Source: an uncultured Planctomycetota bacterium (GTDB lineage Bacteria; Planctomycetota; Planctomycetia; Gemmatales; Gemmataceae). Taken from it: DNA of 64,000 bases. Under the pieces are notes generated by a model that was given only the letters and a program-made list of their open reading frames with translations, made no database searches and had not been told where the DNA came from. Each line of letters opens with the position of its first letter. Positions within the stretch are counted from its first letter, which is position 1. Shown one piece after another: positions 40,277 through 51,988 of the stretch. The position numbers were made by a program, and so were the translations under genes. The stretch is from NCBI GenBank assembly GCA_963849325.1, contig CAWKHF010000007.1:631108-695107 (forward strand), read 5' to 3'.

Positions 40277-41680
40277 TCATCTGTGGTTCATTACCTGTCT
40301 TTTGCGGTTTTCCAGGATTTCTTCCGCGGCCCGCGCACGCGTGGCTACACCGGGTTGAGGAAACAGTCCGCCCCCGAGGATGAGGGCCGCCAGGGTCAAG
40401 ACAGCGAACCGCTCCCGAGGCCTGATGCCCAGCGACACCGTCGAAACGTGGCGGGCGCCGGTGAAGAGGAGAAAGTAGGCCCGCACCACGGCAATTCCAT
40501 TGAGGGCGGCCGCGGCGATGACGGCCAACCCAAAGGAGAGGTTGACGTCGACCGTCCCGTCTACCAGCAGCTCGGTGGAGATGAACCCCAGCGTTCCGGG
40601 GAAGCCTACGCTGGCCAGGCCCGTCAGCAGAAAGCAAACCGCCAGGGTCGGCGAATGATTGTACAGGCCGCGGTACGCGGTCAGCGACAACCGGCCGAAC
40701 CGCGATTCCAGAGCGCGGAGAGTCAGCCCGAACCCCCCCAGGGAGAGCATGACCGAAAACCACAGACACAGCGCGCCGGTCACGGACAAAACGGAGTGCA
40801 GTTCCAGCCCGACCAGCACCAGCGACGCATGGCTGAGAAACAGATAAGCGAAAAAGCGACGTGCCTCGCGCTGGACGACGGCCATCCCCGCGGCGTAAAC
40901 GGCCGTCACCAGCGAGACCATCCCCAAACCGTGCAGCACCCAATCGGGCGCCACGGGAAGCACGAGGCGGACGACGGCATAGACGCCGGCCAGCGGGGCC
41001 AGGGAAAGCAGGGCGATGCCGAAGGAGGCGTGCTCGAACCAGTCCGTCACCCAGCAGTGCGCCGGCACGGTGCCGCAACGGATAAGGAGCGCGATCAGGA
41101 GCAGGATCGTTCCATGGACCGGCTGCGCCGCCTCGGTCGCGGCGGAGGAGACGAGCGTCCATCCCGCGATCAGCAGGCCGAGGAACAGCCCCATGTGCAG
41201 AACGTACACCCGAATCGATCGACCTCGGTTCAGCAGCTCCACGCCAGGCGGCAACGTATCCGCCACCAGGAGGCCGACCAGCATCCGGGGATCGGTGCAA
41301 CTGAACAGGGCCAGGCGGATGGACCCGGCGGCCAACGACCAGGAGAACGAGAAGCGCCGCATCTTCGTTCGTGCGGTGGCCCAGGCGATCAGGAAGTGGA
41401 GAAGGGCCACCGTTGGCAGCAGGGGGGCGTTCAGCTCGTCCATCTCGAAGACCGGCTTGCCGAACAGATATTCCTGCAAACCCCCGTCGTCGGCGTCCAC
41501 GGGTGAATCGTGCAGGGAATAGCCCAGCCAGGCCAGCAAGGCGCAGACGAAGGCGGCGCCGGTGAACGCCCGGCCCCAGTGGTAGGCGCGGACGGGGTTG
41601 CGTACTTGGCTGACGCAGAGAGCGCCAACCAGCATGATGGTAATGGAGGCTTCCAGCCAGGGCAGGTACAAGAGCGTCAT
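40277..41680 (-). CDS. Proton-conducting membrane subunit (NuoM/MrpD-like)
   Basis: Many TM helices, [29 protein letters not shown]; 4-bp overlap with the upstream gene. Confidence 0.85.
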   Translation of the reverse strand: MTLLYLPWLEASITIMLVGALCVSQVRNPVRAYHWGRAFTGAAFVCALLAWLGYSLHDSPVDADDGGLQEYLFGKPVFEMDELNAPLLPTVALLHFLIAWATARTKMRRFSFSWSLAAGSIRLALFSCTDPRMLVGLLVADTLPPGVELLNRGRSIRVYVLHMGLFLGLLIAGWTLVSSAATEAAQPVHGTILLLIALLIRCGTVPAHCWVTDWFEHASFGIALLSLAPLAGVYAVVRLVLPVAPDWVLHGLGMVSLVTAVYAAGMAVVQREARRFFAYLFLSHASLVLVGLELHSVLSVTGALCLWFSVMLSLGGFGLTLRALESRFGRLSLTAYRGLYNHSPTLAVCFLLTGLASVGFPGTLGFISTELLVDGTVDVNLSFGLAVIAAAALNGIAVVRAYFLLFTGARHVSTVSLGIRPRERFAVLTLAALILGGGLFPQPGVATRARAAEEILENRKRQVMNHR

Positions 41681-43047
41681 ATCACGTCTTCAAAGGTCGC
41701 GGGGTACACCTTCCCCTCGTCCGGCTGGCGCGACGGTTGGCCGGTGAGGAAGTCCGTCCAGGCACGCTCCGCCGACTCGCACCAGCGGAAAAAGTGGACA
41801 AAGGGAACGACAACGTAACTCGTCAAGAAGGCGTCGAGGTAGCCGCGCTCCAGGGCCAGCCGGTAGAGCCAGCCGTGGACGGTCCTGCCCGCGACATGAT
41901 GCACGGGGCCTTTGGACTGCGGCAGGTGCTCTCCGAGGGCGTTCTCCAGCGTGTGGTAGTCGTGCAGCAGGGTCGGGGCGCGGAGGAATTGCAACGTCCG
42001 CAGGCAAGCGTGCCCCAGGAGATGGACGAGGGCGAAATAGCGAAGCCCTAGGCCGATCTCCGCAACGATCAATCCCACCTGGCAAAGACAGGCAAAGGAG
42101 AGGGCCGACTTGATGTCCGTCTGCACGCTGCCGGCCAGGTAGGCGAACAGGGCGGTGATCAGGCCCAGGGCGACCACGGCGGCGCAGAGCCAGGCTGAGC
42201 GTTCCAGGATCGGGCTGACGCGCATCAGCAGGAAGGCCCCCAGGTGTACGGACAGCGCTCCATAAAAGACGGCGCTGGAGGGGGTCGGTCCTTCCATCGC
42301 CCGCGGCAGCCAGCCGGAGAAGGGGACCAGTCCGGATTTGCCGGCCGCGGCGATCAGCAGGAGCAGTCCCACGGCGAGCGCCTGGCCGGCCGTCATGTCG
42401 GCCTGGCCTTCGGGCCAGGGCCCCGCGCCGAGGAGCCGATCGAAGTCGCCCTCGGCGGCCGTGTGGTGCAGCACCACGGCGGCCAGGAGGAGAGCGGCGT
42501 CCGAGACGCGGTAGACGACCCAAACCCACAAGCCGTTGCGCGACGGGGCGGGCCGCTCCTGGAAGAAGGCGACCAGCAGCGCCGAGGACAACCCCACCAG
42601 CTCCCAACCCACGAACAGCGTCTCGATGGTGTCGGCCAGCGACGTCACTACCATGCCCAGGAGGAAGAGGGAGTACAGGACGAAAAAGCGATTGTAGCCG
42701 CGCTCGCGGTGCAGGTAGCGGGAGGCGGAGGCCGCGATGGTCCCGGACAGGACGAACGACAGGATGGCGAAGGGCACGGACAGCCGGTCGAAGACGAACT
42801 TGACCGAGAAGTGGAAGTGCGGCAGCTGGACCCACTGGCCCAGGTCGATGACGACGTGTCGCGTGCCCCAGATCAGCATGATCGCCAGGATGGCAACGGA
42901 CCCGGCCAGGCCGTAGACGACCGCCGCCAGGATGGTCCGGTTGATCGTCTGCTCGGAAAGTCGCCAACCTAGCAAGGAAGACGCTCCCAGCAATCCCACC
43001 AGCACGAGGGGAGCGACGACGACGAGAACTCCTAATCCCATCAGCAT
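41677..43047 (-). CDS. NuoL/ND5-like membrane subunit (DabB/MpsA-like)
   Basis: [47 protein letters not shown]. Confidence 0.9.
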   Translation of the reverse strand: MLMGLGVLVVVAPLVLVGLLGASSLLGWRLSEQTINRTILAAVVYGLAGSVAILAIMLIWGTRHVVIDLGQWVQLPHFHFSVKFVFDRLSVPFAILSFVLSGTIAASASRYLHRERGYNRFFVLYSLFLLGMVVTSLADTIETLFVGWELVGLSSALLVAFFQERPAPSRNGLWVWVVYRVSDAALLLAAVVLHHTAAEGDFDRLLGAGPWPEGQADMTAGQALAVGLLLLIAAAGKSGLVPFSGWLPRAMEGPTPSSAVFYGALSVHLGAFLLMRVSPILERSAWLCAAVVALGLITALFAYLAGSVQTDIKSALSFACLCQVGLIVAEIGLGLRYFALVHLLGHACLRTLQFLRAPTLLHDYHTLENALGEHLPQSKGPVHHVAGRTVHGWLYRLALERGYLDAFLTSYVVVPFVHFFRWCESAERAWTDFLTGQPSRQPDEGKVYPATFEDVI

Positions 43048-43075
43048 TCGTTGCTACTCCGGCTGCAAAGAAGAA

Positions 43076-43134
43076 GGGACTAGGGACTAGGGACTAGAGA
43101 AGAGGATTCTTCTCTAGTCCCTAGTCCCTAGTCC
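43076..43134. repeat. Heptamer (GGGACTA)n inverted repeat overlapping the dabA stop codon
   Basis: gggactagggactagggactag ... ctagtccctagtccctagtcc. Confidence 0.85.
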
Positions 43135-46100
43135 ACCTTCTTCCGGTGAAATCTCCGCGAACTCCAGGTGGTCGCGCCAGCCGCGATACCAATCGACCGA
43201 GGAAACGGCTTTCGGGAGGACCGAGGCTTGAGGCTGGTAGTCGTGGAACCGGCCGTCGCGGTACACGCTGATGCGGTGTGTCTGGGGATGGATCACCGCT
43301 AGATGGCACCAGCCGTTGCGGCATAACTTGCCGATCCCCGGCAGCCGATCCAGGATTTGCAGCATGGCCTCGGGGGTCGTCTCGATGAGGTTGAGGAGGC
43401 GGACGGGTTCGTGGATTTCCACCATCTGCCAGGGCAAACCCGTCCGCAGATCGCTGGCCGCTCCGTCCATGACGCCGATCAGGGCCGAAATGTTGTGCGG
43501 CAGTTTCGTGCCACAGCCCCAGCCGGTGTTATCGACGGAGGAGAAATAGTACTCCAGGTTGATGCCGACGCAGACGGGGAACACCGCCTGTAGGATGCGC
43601 GACAGGATGGTGTTGTCGGCATCGTCCTGGGTTGGGTCGTAGGAGGTCAGGAATGCCCGCCGGTCGAGGAAAAGACCGCGGGTCAACTCGCGCCGGCCCA
43701 CGATGCTGATGGCATTGGTGGCGTGGCCCCACTCCGGCCGTACTTGCGCCAGGTCTTCCGCCCTGCCCTCGACGTGCTGCCGCGCGGCGGCGAAGGACAG
43801 CGTCAGCGGCGCGGAAACGAAGCGCCGGCTGCGCTCGTGCGCGTCCCGCTCGCTGGCCTGCTTGAGGATGTCCCCAACGGCCTGGAACTCCTGCTGGTGA
43901 GACGGAGGTACAAGGTCCACGTCGTCGAACGTGATCCGATCATTGCTGGTGTTGTGCATTCCACCCACAAAGACGGTATCGGCCGGGATGGCGATGCCTC
44001 GGGGAGCCAGGCGCTGCCGGACGCGCGGGTCGTTCAGTATCTGGGCAATGGCCCGGCCGTTCGGCCCGCCGCGGGCGCCGCCACACGCGCCGCAGTCGTG
44101 GGCCGACTCATGGGGGTTGTTCATGCTGGTCGAGCCGTGGCCCAAGGTCAGCACCAGCCGCGCGAACGAACAGGTCAGTCCGATGTCGCGGAGGACTCGT
44201 TCGGCGATGTCGGCCATCTCGTCCAGACGGAAACCGATTTGACCGTCCTCGGGTCCGGGGGTCGGCTCGCTCCGCTCCAGTTTCAGCCGTGTCAACGGCG
44301 TCCGCACGAACCGGCCCAACCTTCGGCGGATGCGTCCGGTCAGGCGAGGGAAGAACGTCCGCGCGATCAGCGGCACGGACGCCAGTACCCCGACCGCGGC
44401 GGCCAGCACCGCTCCGACGACGAAGGTCCGGCTGCCGAGGTGAAACCGATGCGAGACCCTTCCCAGGGTACGGCGCGTCCGGACGCGACGCTGGTGGGTC
44501 TCATCCTGGCCCTCGACCACCTCCTCGATGACCCAGTGTCCGGGCCGCATCACCGCCGGGCAGAGGGGCACGAAATGCGCGTCGGCCGCGCCTCGGTAGT
44601 ACATCGGGACGAAATAGAACCCGGCCACGGAGAACGTTTCCGCGTCCGGGGCCAACTCTTCCAGGTGGCGCCGGATCGACTCCTCGCGCTCGTCGATGCA
44701 AAACAAGGCCTGGAAACGCGGCTGCGTGGGCCTCGGCGACGCCTTCGGAGCGTGCAGGGCGAGAGCATCGAGCGTCTGGGTATAGAAGCGGCGCTCGATA
44801 AGCCCGGTGGAAGATCCGCCGCCGCTCCAGTGGGGAGAACGTCTCGATCTCGCGCAAGAGCATCTCCCAGTCTTGCCCCGTCAGATGGTGGAGTTCCTCG
44901 GGCGACCAGCCCAGCACCTGGGCGAGTTGGAAAACCTGGAAGGCCCGCTGCTCGATGCTTGGAGGGCGTTGCGGCCCCAGCACGCGACGGAGTTCAGCCC
45001 GTAGCGTGTCCAGGGGGTCTTTGAACCCCAGGGCGACCCGAGCCGTGTGGGCCAGGGCGAGCCGATCCAGCACCAGCCGAACCGCCAGGAACTCGATCAG
45101 GCTCCCCGGCGGGACCGGGTGGACGACCTGATCGCCGCGGTCCTCGATCTGTCTCACCATGCCCGCCCATCCGCGGAGGGCCAGCAGGGAGGCGGAGACG
45201 AAGTCGTCCCACTCCTCCTCGGCAACGCCGAGGAGAGCAAGGGACTCGTGGATCGATTCGAGCGGACGGACGTGCGCGGCTTCCAGGCGGTCGAGTTCCG
45301 CCGGCAGATCGCGCATCCAGCCGGACAGTGGGCCGCCCCGCCGACGGTAGAGGGCACAGAAGGCCCGGTAGAGGCCGTCGTCTCGGTACGGCATCTGCCA
45401 GGGAGCCAGCCCCTGGTCCAGAAAAGCGGCACAGAAGCGGATCAAGATTTCGTGGACAAGCAGGTCGGCATCCGCCCCTGTCGCTTCCAGCAAGAGATCT
45501 CGGTGCCGTACCGGCGCCGGTGGCGGCGGCGTGAATACCGGCACCCCGGTGACGCCGGCACAACAGATGCCCCACAGCGCCTGCAAGGTAAACGCCTCCC
45601 AGTCCTCGTCCGTCCAATTCTCGATGGCCGAGTCGCTGAAGCGCTCGAATACGGGAAGAAGGCTGTCCGGGATCCGCGGAAAGTGTTTTCGCGCGGGCCG
45701 ATTGGGGACGGACTCGTCTCCACCCCGGAGGTCGCGCATCACCCAACGGCGTGTTTCCGCGATCAAGCGCTGGCGGACGGCGGAGGAAGCCTCCTCGCGC
45801 ACCCGCGTGAGGGCGTCTTTTTCCGCTACGAACCACACCAACTCCTGCGTTGGCCCGTAGCGCACGGGGTACTGGAGCATTGCCAGCCGCAGTTCCAGCC
45901 GCGTATACCCACCCGGGACTTTCTCGGACGCCTGGTCTCCCAGGTCTTCGGCCAGTACGTCGCGTAGTTCGGCGAAGCGGATTCGCCCGCGAGACAACTC
46001 CTGGCGGTAGCGGTCCTTGGTCAGGTAAGGCTGACAGCCGAAGGTCCGCGCTCCTTTCTGGACCGCCTCGTCGAAGGGCAGGTCCTCGAAGGAGTGCAAG

Positions 46101-46246
46101 GTATTATGGTGGACGAAGACGGTGATCGGACCTTGCGCCGGCAACAAATGCGCGGCGTGGTCGATTATCTCCCGTAAGCGAGTCAGGTCCGACGCGGGGA
46201 CCGAATCCCTGGACATCGGAGCCTGAGGGCAAGTGGAGTGTTGCAT
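43114..46246 (-). CDS. dabA: DUF2309/UPF0753 (DabA/MpsB) inorganic carbon transporter subunit; frameshift near 44795
   Basis: QGPITVFVHHNTLH, LRGWAG, FCIDERE, GHGS, CGACGG, VRPEWG, INLEYYFS, HEPVRL. Confidence 0.93.
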
Positions 46247-46541
46247 GATTCCCGATGAGGCGCGTGCATCCCCTCCGCGTATGGACTCCCAATCGGACGG
46301 TCCTCGCAGGGATCATCGTATCGCTTACGTATCCACGGTAGTAGGGCTGTCCTTTGCCGACGGGGAACGGAGAGCTCTCCGAAAGGCCAAGGTCGATCAG
46401 GTGCCAAGGTTCCACCAGCCGGATAGGGCGGCTCCACGTCCGGTGTGCTGATGCTCGTTTCCTTCGCCGGCAGTGCGGAGCGGACTGCCTGATCGTTTGT
46501 TCCACCAACAAAAGTGACGCCTACCTTGGTTGGGGCATCCT

Positions 46542-47596
46542 CTACTTCTCGAACGGAGGAGGACAGCCATCCACCTTGAGCCGGATGCGATACAGGCTGA
46601 CGTCCACCGTGACGTACAACACCTTGCTTTCCTCGCCGATGCCGAAGCAGCAGTTGCTCGGAATGCCGACCGGCTCGTGCGCGCCCGGCTGCGAGGGGCC
46701 GGTCGGGATGAAGGCGACTTCCTTGCCGTCTGGGATCGAGGACCAGGATGCCCGGCCGCCTGCAGACTGCGCACGGCCAGGTAGACGTGGCCCTTCGCAT
46801 CCACCGTCATGCCGTCGCAGCCGGACTCGGCGCCGAAATCGACGAGCACCTGGCCCGGTCCCTTGACCAGGCCATCGGCGTCGAGCGGGAAGCGGTACAC
46901 CTTCATGGCGCCCGGTTTCGGCGCCGGCGCGGTGGGATCGATGCGGTCGGTGCCGTTGTTGTGGTCGGCGACGTACAGCGTTTTCTGGTCCGGGCTGAGG
47001 GCGATGCCGTTGGGCTTCTCCAGGGCGTGCGTCACCTCGATCACCTTGCCGTCGGGGTCGATGCGATAGACGGCCCGGTGCTCCAGCTCGCGCGGCTCGT
47101 CGCCGAGATAGCGCGGGTCGGTGAAGTAGATGCGGCCCTTGCGATCAATGGCGAGATCGTTGGGGGCGTTGAAGCGCTTGCCCTGGTAGCGGTCGGCGAG
47201 GACGCTGCGCCGGCGCGTCTTGACGTCCCAGCGCGACACGCAGCGGCCGCCCTCGTCGGACCCCTCGCAGGCGATGAGGAAGCCCCTGGCGTCGAACTTC
47301 AGACCGTTCGACTTGTGGCTGTCGTCGGTGAAGACGGTGGTTTTCTTCGTCTTCGGGTCGAAGCGAAGGATCATGCCCTTGTCCTTGCCGAAGGGGATGT
47401 CGGAGAAGTAGATGCTGCCGTCCGGCGCGGGCGTCGGCCCCTCGGTCAGTCCGCCGTGGAGAGGAGCGCTGCGCGTGAACAGCAGTTCCAGCTTCGCATC
47501 CGGTGACACAATGCTGTCACCGCTCGGTTTCGGCACGTCGGCCGCCAGCACGCTGCCAGGTGAAAGGAGAGACAGGAACAGGGCCAGGGTACGCAT
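46542..47596 (-). CDS. SMP-30/gluconolactonase family secreted protein; frameshift near 46760
   Basis: TEGP, YFSDI, SNGL, NAPND, PNGIALSPD, DGMTVD. Confidence 0.9.
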
Positions 47597-47772
47597 GAGG
47601 ATCTCCGCGGACAGGAACACGTCGTCGGGCGAATCCTGGCAGCGTACCGGGCCGGCGACCCTTTCTCCAGCGAAAAAACAGGACCACGCTCGTTCTCCGC
47701 ATGGCTTCCGCCTGTCCGGAGCCTATAATACATTTTTCCACGAGGTTCGACGCTCACAGGAGCCAGCCGTAT

Positions 47773-49081
47773 ATGACGCCGATGACCTTGACCGAAAAGA
47801 TCCTCGCCCGCCACGCCGGACGCGACGCCGTCCAGCCCGGCGACAACATCTGGGTGGACGTCGACGTCCTCATGACGCACGACGTTTGCGGGCCGGGCAC
47901 CATCGGCATCTTCAAGCAGCACTTCGGCAAGGACGCCAAGGTCTGGGACCGCAACAAGGTCGTCATCATCCCCGACCACTACATCTTCACCGCCGACAAG
48001 ATGGCCAACCGCAACGTGGACGTGCTGCGCCAGTTCGTCCGCCGAGCAGGAGCTGCCCTACTACTACGACGTCGGCACCGACCAGTACAAGGGCGTCTGC
48101 CACATCGCCCTGCCGGAAGAGGGCCACACCCGGCCCGGCGAGGTGCTGTTCGGCACCGACAGCCACACCTGCACGGCCGGCGCGTTCGGCGAGTTCGCCA
48201 CCGGCATCGGCAACACCGACGCCGGCTTCGTCCTGGGCACCGGCAAGCTGTGGGTCAAGGTGCCGCCGACCATGCGCTTCGTCTTCCACGGCCAGCTGCC
48301 GCCCTACCTGATGGCCAAGGACCTGATCCTCGCCGTCATCGGCGACATCGGCTGCGACGGCGCCACCTACCGGGCGATGGAGTTCGACGGCGACGGCGTC
48401 TACGCGCTGAACATCGAGGAGCGCATGACGCTGTGCAACATGGTCATCGAGGCCGGCGGCAAGAACGGCGTCATCGCCCCGGACCAGGTCACGCTCGATT
48501 ACGTCAACGCCCGCAACAAGCACGGCACGGCCTTCACGCCGGTCGTCACCGACACGGGCGCGAACGTTCTCTTCGAGAAGGTCTACGACGTGACGAAGCT
48601 GGAGCCGGTGGTCGCCAAGCCGCACAGCCCGGACAACCGCGCCGCCGTCAGCGAGGTGCGCGGCACCAAGCTCGACCGCGCCTACATCGGCTCCTGCACC
48701 GGCGGCAAGATGACCGACTTCCGCGCCGCCGCCGGCATCCTCAAGGGCAAGAGCGTCAAGATCGACACCTTCGTCGTGCCGGCGACCAGCGAGGTCGCCG
48801 CCGGGCTGAAGACCGAGAAAATCGACGGCCAGACGCTCGAAGAGGTGTTCCTGTCGGCCGGCGCGAAGGTCGGCCCGCCGTCGTGCGCCGCCTGCCTGGG
48901 CGGCCCGAGCGACACCTTCGGCCGGCTCAACCAGCCGATGAGCTGCATCAGCACGACCAACCGCAACTTCCCCGGCCGCATGGGCCACAAGGAGGCGCGC
49001 GTCTACCTCGCCAGCCCGCTGACCGTCGCCGCCAGCGCCGTCACCGGCGTCATCACCGATCCCCGCGAGTACCTGGAATAA
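47773..49081 (+). CDS. leuC: 3-isopropylmalate dehydratase large subunit (LeuC/HacA type); frameshift near 48043
   Basis: MTLTEKILARH, PDH, GVCH, GTDSHTCTAG, IGSCTGG, CAACLG, STTNRNFPGRMG. Confidence 0.93.
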
Positions 49082-49086
49082 ACCAA

Positions 49087-49169
49087 AGTTCTGAGTTCTG
49101 AGTTCTGAGTTCTGAGTAAAAGAAGAACTCGCGGTTGGCACTCAGAACTCAGAACTCAAACTCAGAACT
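49087..49169. repeat. Heptamer (GAGTTCT)n inverted repeat between leuC and leuD
   Basis: Four direct units followed by about four inverted ctcagaa units. Confidence 0.85.
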
Positions 49170-49176
49170 GAAAGAC

Positions 49177-49741
49177 ATGCAAACGACCATCACCGGCAAG
49201 GCCTACGTCCTGGGCGACAACATCGACACCGACCAGATCATCCCGGCCCAGTATCTGACGTTCAACCCGTCCATCCCCGAGGAATACAAGCAGTTCGGCA
49301 AGTACGCGCTGAGCAGCGTGCCGCCGTCGCAGGCCGGGCTGCCCAAGGGGCACGTGCCGTTCCACACCGACGACGAGTTCGTCTCGCCGTACAAGATCAT
49401 CGTCGCCGGCAAGAACTTCGGCTGCGGCTCGTCGCGCGAACACGCTCCCATCGCCCTGGACGCGGCCGGCATCGAGGCCGTCGTCGCCGAGTTCTACGCC
49501 CGCATCTTCTATCGCAACTCCGTCAACGGCGGCTATCTGATCCCGTTCGAGAGCGCCGAGCGCCTGTGCGAGCGCATCTGCACCGGCGACGAACTGCGGC
49601 TCGACGTGGCCGGCGAGCGTGCTGCACAACCTGACGACCGGCGAGCAGTACAAGCTCAAGCCGCTGGGCGAGGTGGCGCCGATCCTCGAAGCGGGCGGCG
49701 TCTTCCCCTATGCCCGCAAGGTCGGCATGTTGAAGGGCTGA
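49177..49741 (+). CDS. leuD: 3-isopropylmalate dehydratase small subunit; frameshift near 49620
   Basis: DNIDTDQIIPA, NFGCGSSREHA, ARIFYRN, ILEAGG. Confidence 0.93.
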
Positions 49742-49750
49742 AATGCTTCT

Positions 49751-49779
49751 CACCAGCCGGCTGACGCCGGCCGTTCGCC
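49751..49779. repeat. REP family B single copy
   Basis: caccagccggctgacgccggccgttcgcc. Confidence 0.8.
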
Positions 49780-49787
49780 TCGGCGGC

Positions 49788-50212
49788 CTACGTCAGCGTG
49801 GCGAGGACCTGCACGGCCAGGGCGGCGCTGTCCTCGCTGTCGAAGGCGAGGTACGCGGCCATGCGGTCGCCGACGGTGGAAATCGAGATGCCGCGCAGGT
49901 TAATGCCGGCGACGGCCAGGGCGCCCATCACCTGCGAGCCGATGCCCGGTCGATTCTCGCTCTCGATGCAGAGCATGGTGAGGTCTCGGGCCGGAGTCAG
50001 ACCCGTGCCTCGGGCCGCCTCGGCCTGCGCGGCCCCTCGACGGGCGCCAGAAACAGCACGCTCACTCCCGCTTTGCTTGGGTGCGGCCGCGTCATGAGGA
50101 ATTCGAGGTCGGCCCCGGCCCGGCAGAGTCGGTCCAGCATGGCCGCCGCCGCTCCGGGCTTGTCGGGCATCTCGCCCGACCACACCGGGACGCGATGGAT
50201 GCGAAGTGCCAT
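49788..50212 (-). CDS. Tandem ACT-domain protein; frameshift near 50030
   Basis: MPDKPGAAA...AGADLEF and ENRPGIGSQV...AGINL. Confidence 0.8.
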
Positions 50213-50413
50213 AACTGGTCCCTCCGGGCTTGCTTCTCCTTCTCCCTGTCATTATAGGACGCCGCCCCTCTCGCTTTCGACCCGAGTTTGCACTCCGCTT
50301 TTCCAAGACGCCGCGCGGTTCGCTGCCTCTGTCGTCCGCTCTTCTCTGGATCGACGGCACTGGATTTGCCTTCCACAAACCGAAGGTCTCGGAAACTCAA
50401 CCGGGAGGGTGCA

Positions 50414-50935
50414 ATGGCTCAACAAAAGGCGAAAGCGGCGTCCGCGGCTCCGAAGCGGACAGAGAGAGACGATTCCGGCTCCCTCAGCCGACAGCGGCTC
50501 ATTGAGTTGCTCAACGAGGATCTGGCGCGGGAGTATCAGGCGATCATCGCTTACGTCGTCTACTCGCAAGTCCTCAAGGGCGCGGAGTACATGAACATCG
50601 CCGGAGAGCTGGAGAAACACGCCGCCGAAGAGCTGCGGCACGCCCTGATCGTGTCCAAGCAGATCGATTACCTGGGCGGCATGCCGACCGTCAGCCCCAA
50701 GCCGGTCAAGGTCTCGGAAGACGCCCGCGCGATGCTGCAAGCCGACCTGGACAACGAGAACGAGACCATCCGCAACTACCGGGAGCGCGTCCGGCAGTGC
50801 GAGTCGCTCGGCGAATACGCCCTGGCGGAGCACATCCGGGGCATCCTGGTCAACGAACAGGAGCACCAGATCGACCTGGCTACCGCTCTGGGTAAGGACG
50901 TCCCCAACGTCTCGACCCGCGAGCAGCAGGCCTGA
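50414..50935 (+). CDS. Ferritin-like / bacterioferritin-family protein
   Basis: LNEDLAREYQAII, EELRHA, LDNENE, NEQEH di-iron ligands. Confidence 0.9.
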   Translation: MAQQKAKAASAAPKRTERDDSGSLSRQRLIELLNEDLAREYQAIIAYVVYSQVLKGAEYMNIAGELEKHAAEELRHALIVSKQIDYLGGMPTVSPKPVKVSEDARAMLQADLDNENETIRNYRERVRQCESLGEYALAEHIRGILVNEQEHQIDLATALGKDVPNVSTREQQA

Positions 50936-50967
50936 CGTCCTCCTGCCGGTGGCGGAGGGGCGGTGTC

Positions 50968-51765
50968 ATGAACGAGGTTCGCGTTTCGACCTGGGTGGAC
51001 CTGACGGAGCAGCTGTACGCCGACTCGTGGAAGGACCAGCTGGGACGCTTCCGCTCGGACTTCGCCTTCCGCGGACTGTCGCTGCCGGTCGCCGAGTTGC
51101 GTACCAGCCTCATGGCCCTGGGTGATGATTATGCCCAGCTGGAAGGACATCTGCTGCGCAACTTCCGCAAATACGCCGTGCGCGGGGTCGTGCCGGCCGA
51201 TACGCTGTGGAACTGGCTCGCCCTGGCCCAGCATCATGGCCTGCCGACGCGCCTACTCGACTGGACCTTCTCGCCTTACGTCGCGCTGCACTTCGTCACG
51301 GCGGACCCTGACCACTATGACGAGGACGGCGTTGTCTGGTGCGTGGACTTCATCCGCATCAAGGAGTTCCTACCTCAGCGCCTGGCAACGCTGTTGAGCG
51401 AGGAGGGCGCCAACGTCTTCACCGCCGACATGCTCGAACAAGCCGCCGCCACGCTGCGCGACTTCGACCACCTCGCTCCTGAGCCGTTCCCCGTCTTCTT
51501 CGAGCCGCCTTCCCTCGACGAGCGCATCGTCAACCAGTTCGCTCTCTTTTCCCTGATGTCCAGCTCCACGGCGGCTCTGCACGACTGGCTCGATCGGCGC
51601 CCCGGCCTGGCTCGACGCATCGTCATCCCTCGGCGGATGAAGTGGGAGGTGCGCGACAAGCTCGACCAGGCCAACGTCACCGAGCGCGTGCTGTTTCCGG
51701 GCCTGGATGGTCTCAGCTGCTGGCTCAAGAGGCAGTACACTCCCACCCGTCTCGGTGGCCGGTGA
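50968..51765 (+). CDS. FRG domain protein
   Basis: AFRG, AQHHGLPTRLLDWTFSPYVALHF, RIVNQ, LFPGLDG. Confidence 0.93.
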   Translation: MNEVRVSTWVDLTEQLYADSWKDQLGRFRSDFAFRGLSLPVAELRTSLMALGDDYAQLEGHLLRNFRKYAVRGVVPADTLWNWLALAQHHGLPTRLLDWTFSPYVALHFVTADPDHYDEDGVVWCVDFIRIKEFLPQRLATLLSEEGANVFTADMLEQAAATLRDFDHLAPEPFPVFFEPPSLDERIVNQFALFSLMSSSTAALHDWLDRRPGLARRIVIPRRMKWEVRDKLDQANVTERVLFPGLDGLSCWLKRQYTPTRLGGR

Positions 51766-51792
51766 AAAGGAAAAGGGGGCGGGACTCGACCT

Positions 51793-51980
51793 GCTGGACG
51801 CCTGGCCTGTACCCCTGCCGTTGGGCTGGTTGGAGCACGTCAACGAAGTCGAAACGGCGGCGTTGCGGCGTTCGGTCCAGCGTGGGACGCCGTTCGGGAC
51901 CGTGGCGTGGCAGCAGGAGACGGCCCAGCGTCTGGGACTGGGGAGTACCCTCAAGCCGCTGGGGCGCCCGCGCAAAGGCA
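51793..51980 (+). pseudogene. C-terminal remnant of a REP-associated tyrosine transposase (RAYT/Y1)
   Basis: WPVPLPLGWLEHVNE...LRRSVQRGTPFG...WQQETAQRLGLGSTLKPLGRPRK; no HUH domain present. Confidence 0.7.
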
Positions 51981-51988
51981 AGTCGGAT

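Noticed and set aside
46247-46540. Riboswitch upstream of dabA
   Set aside because: No recognisable aptamer consensus by eye; an Rfam/Infernal scan would be needed.
50850-50935. Encapsulin cargo-loading peptide on the ferritin-like protein
   Set aside because: There is no LxIGSL-like motif and no encapsulin gene nearby.
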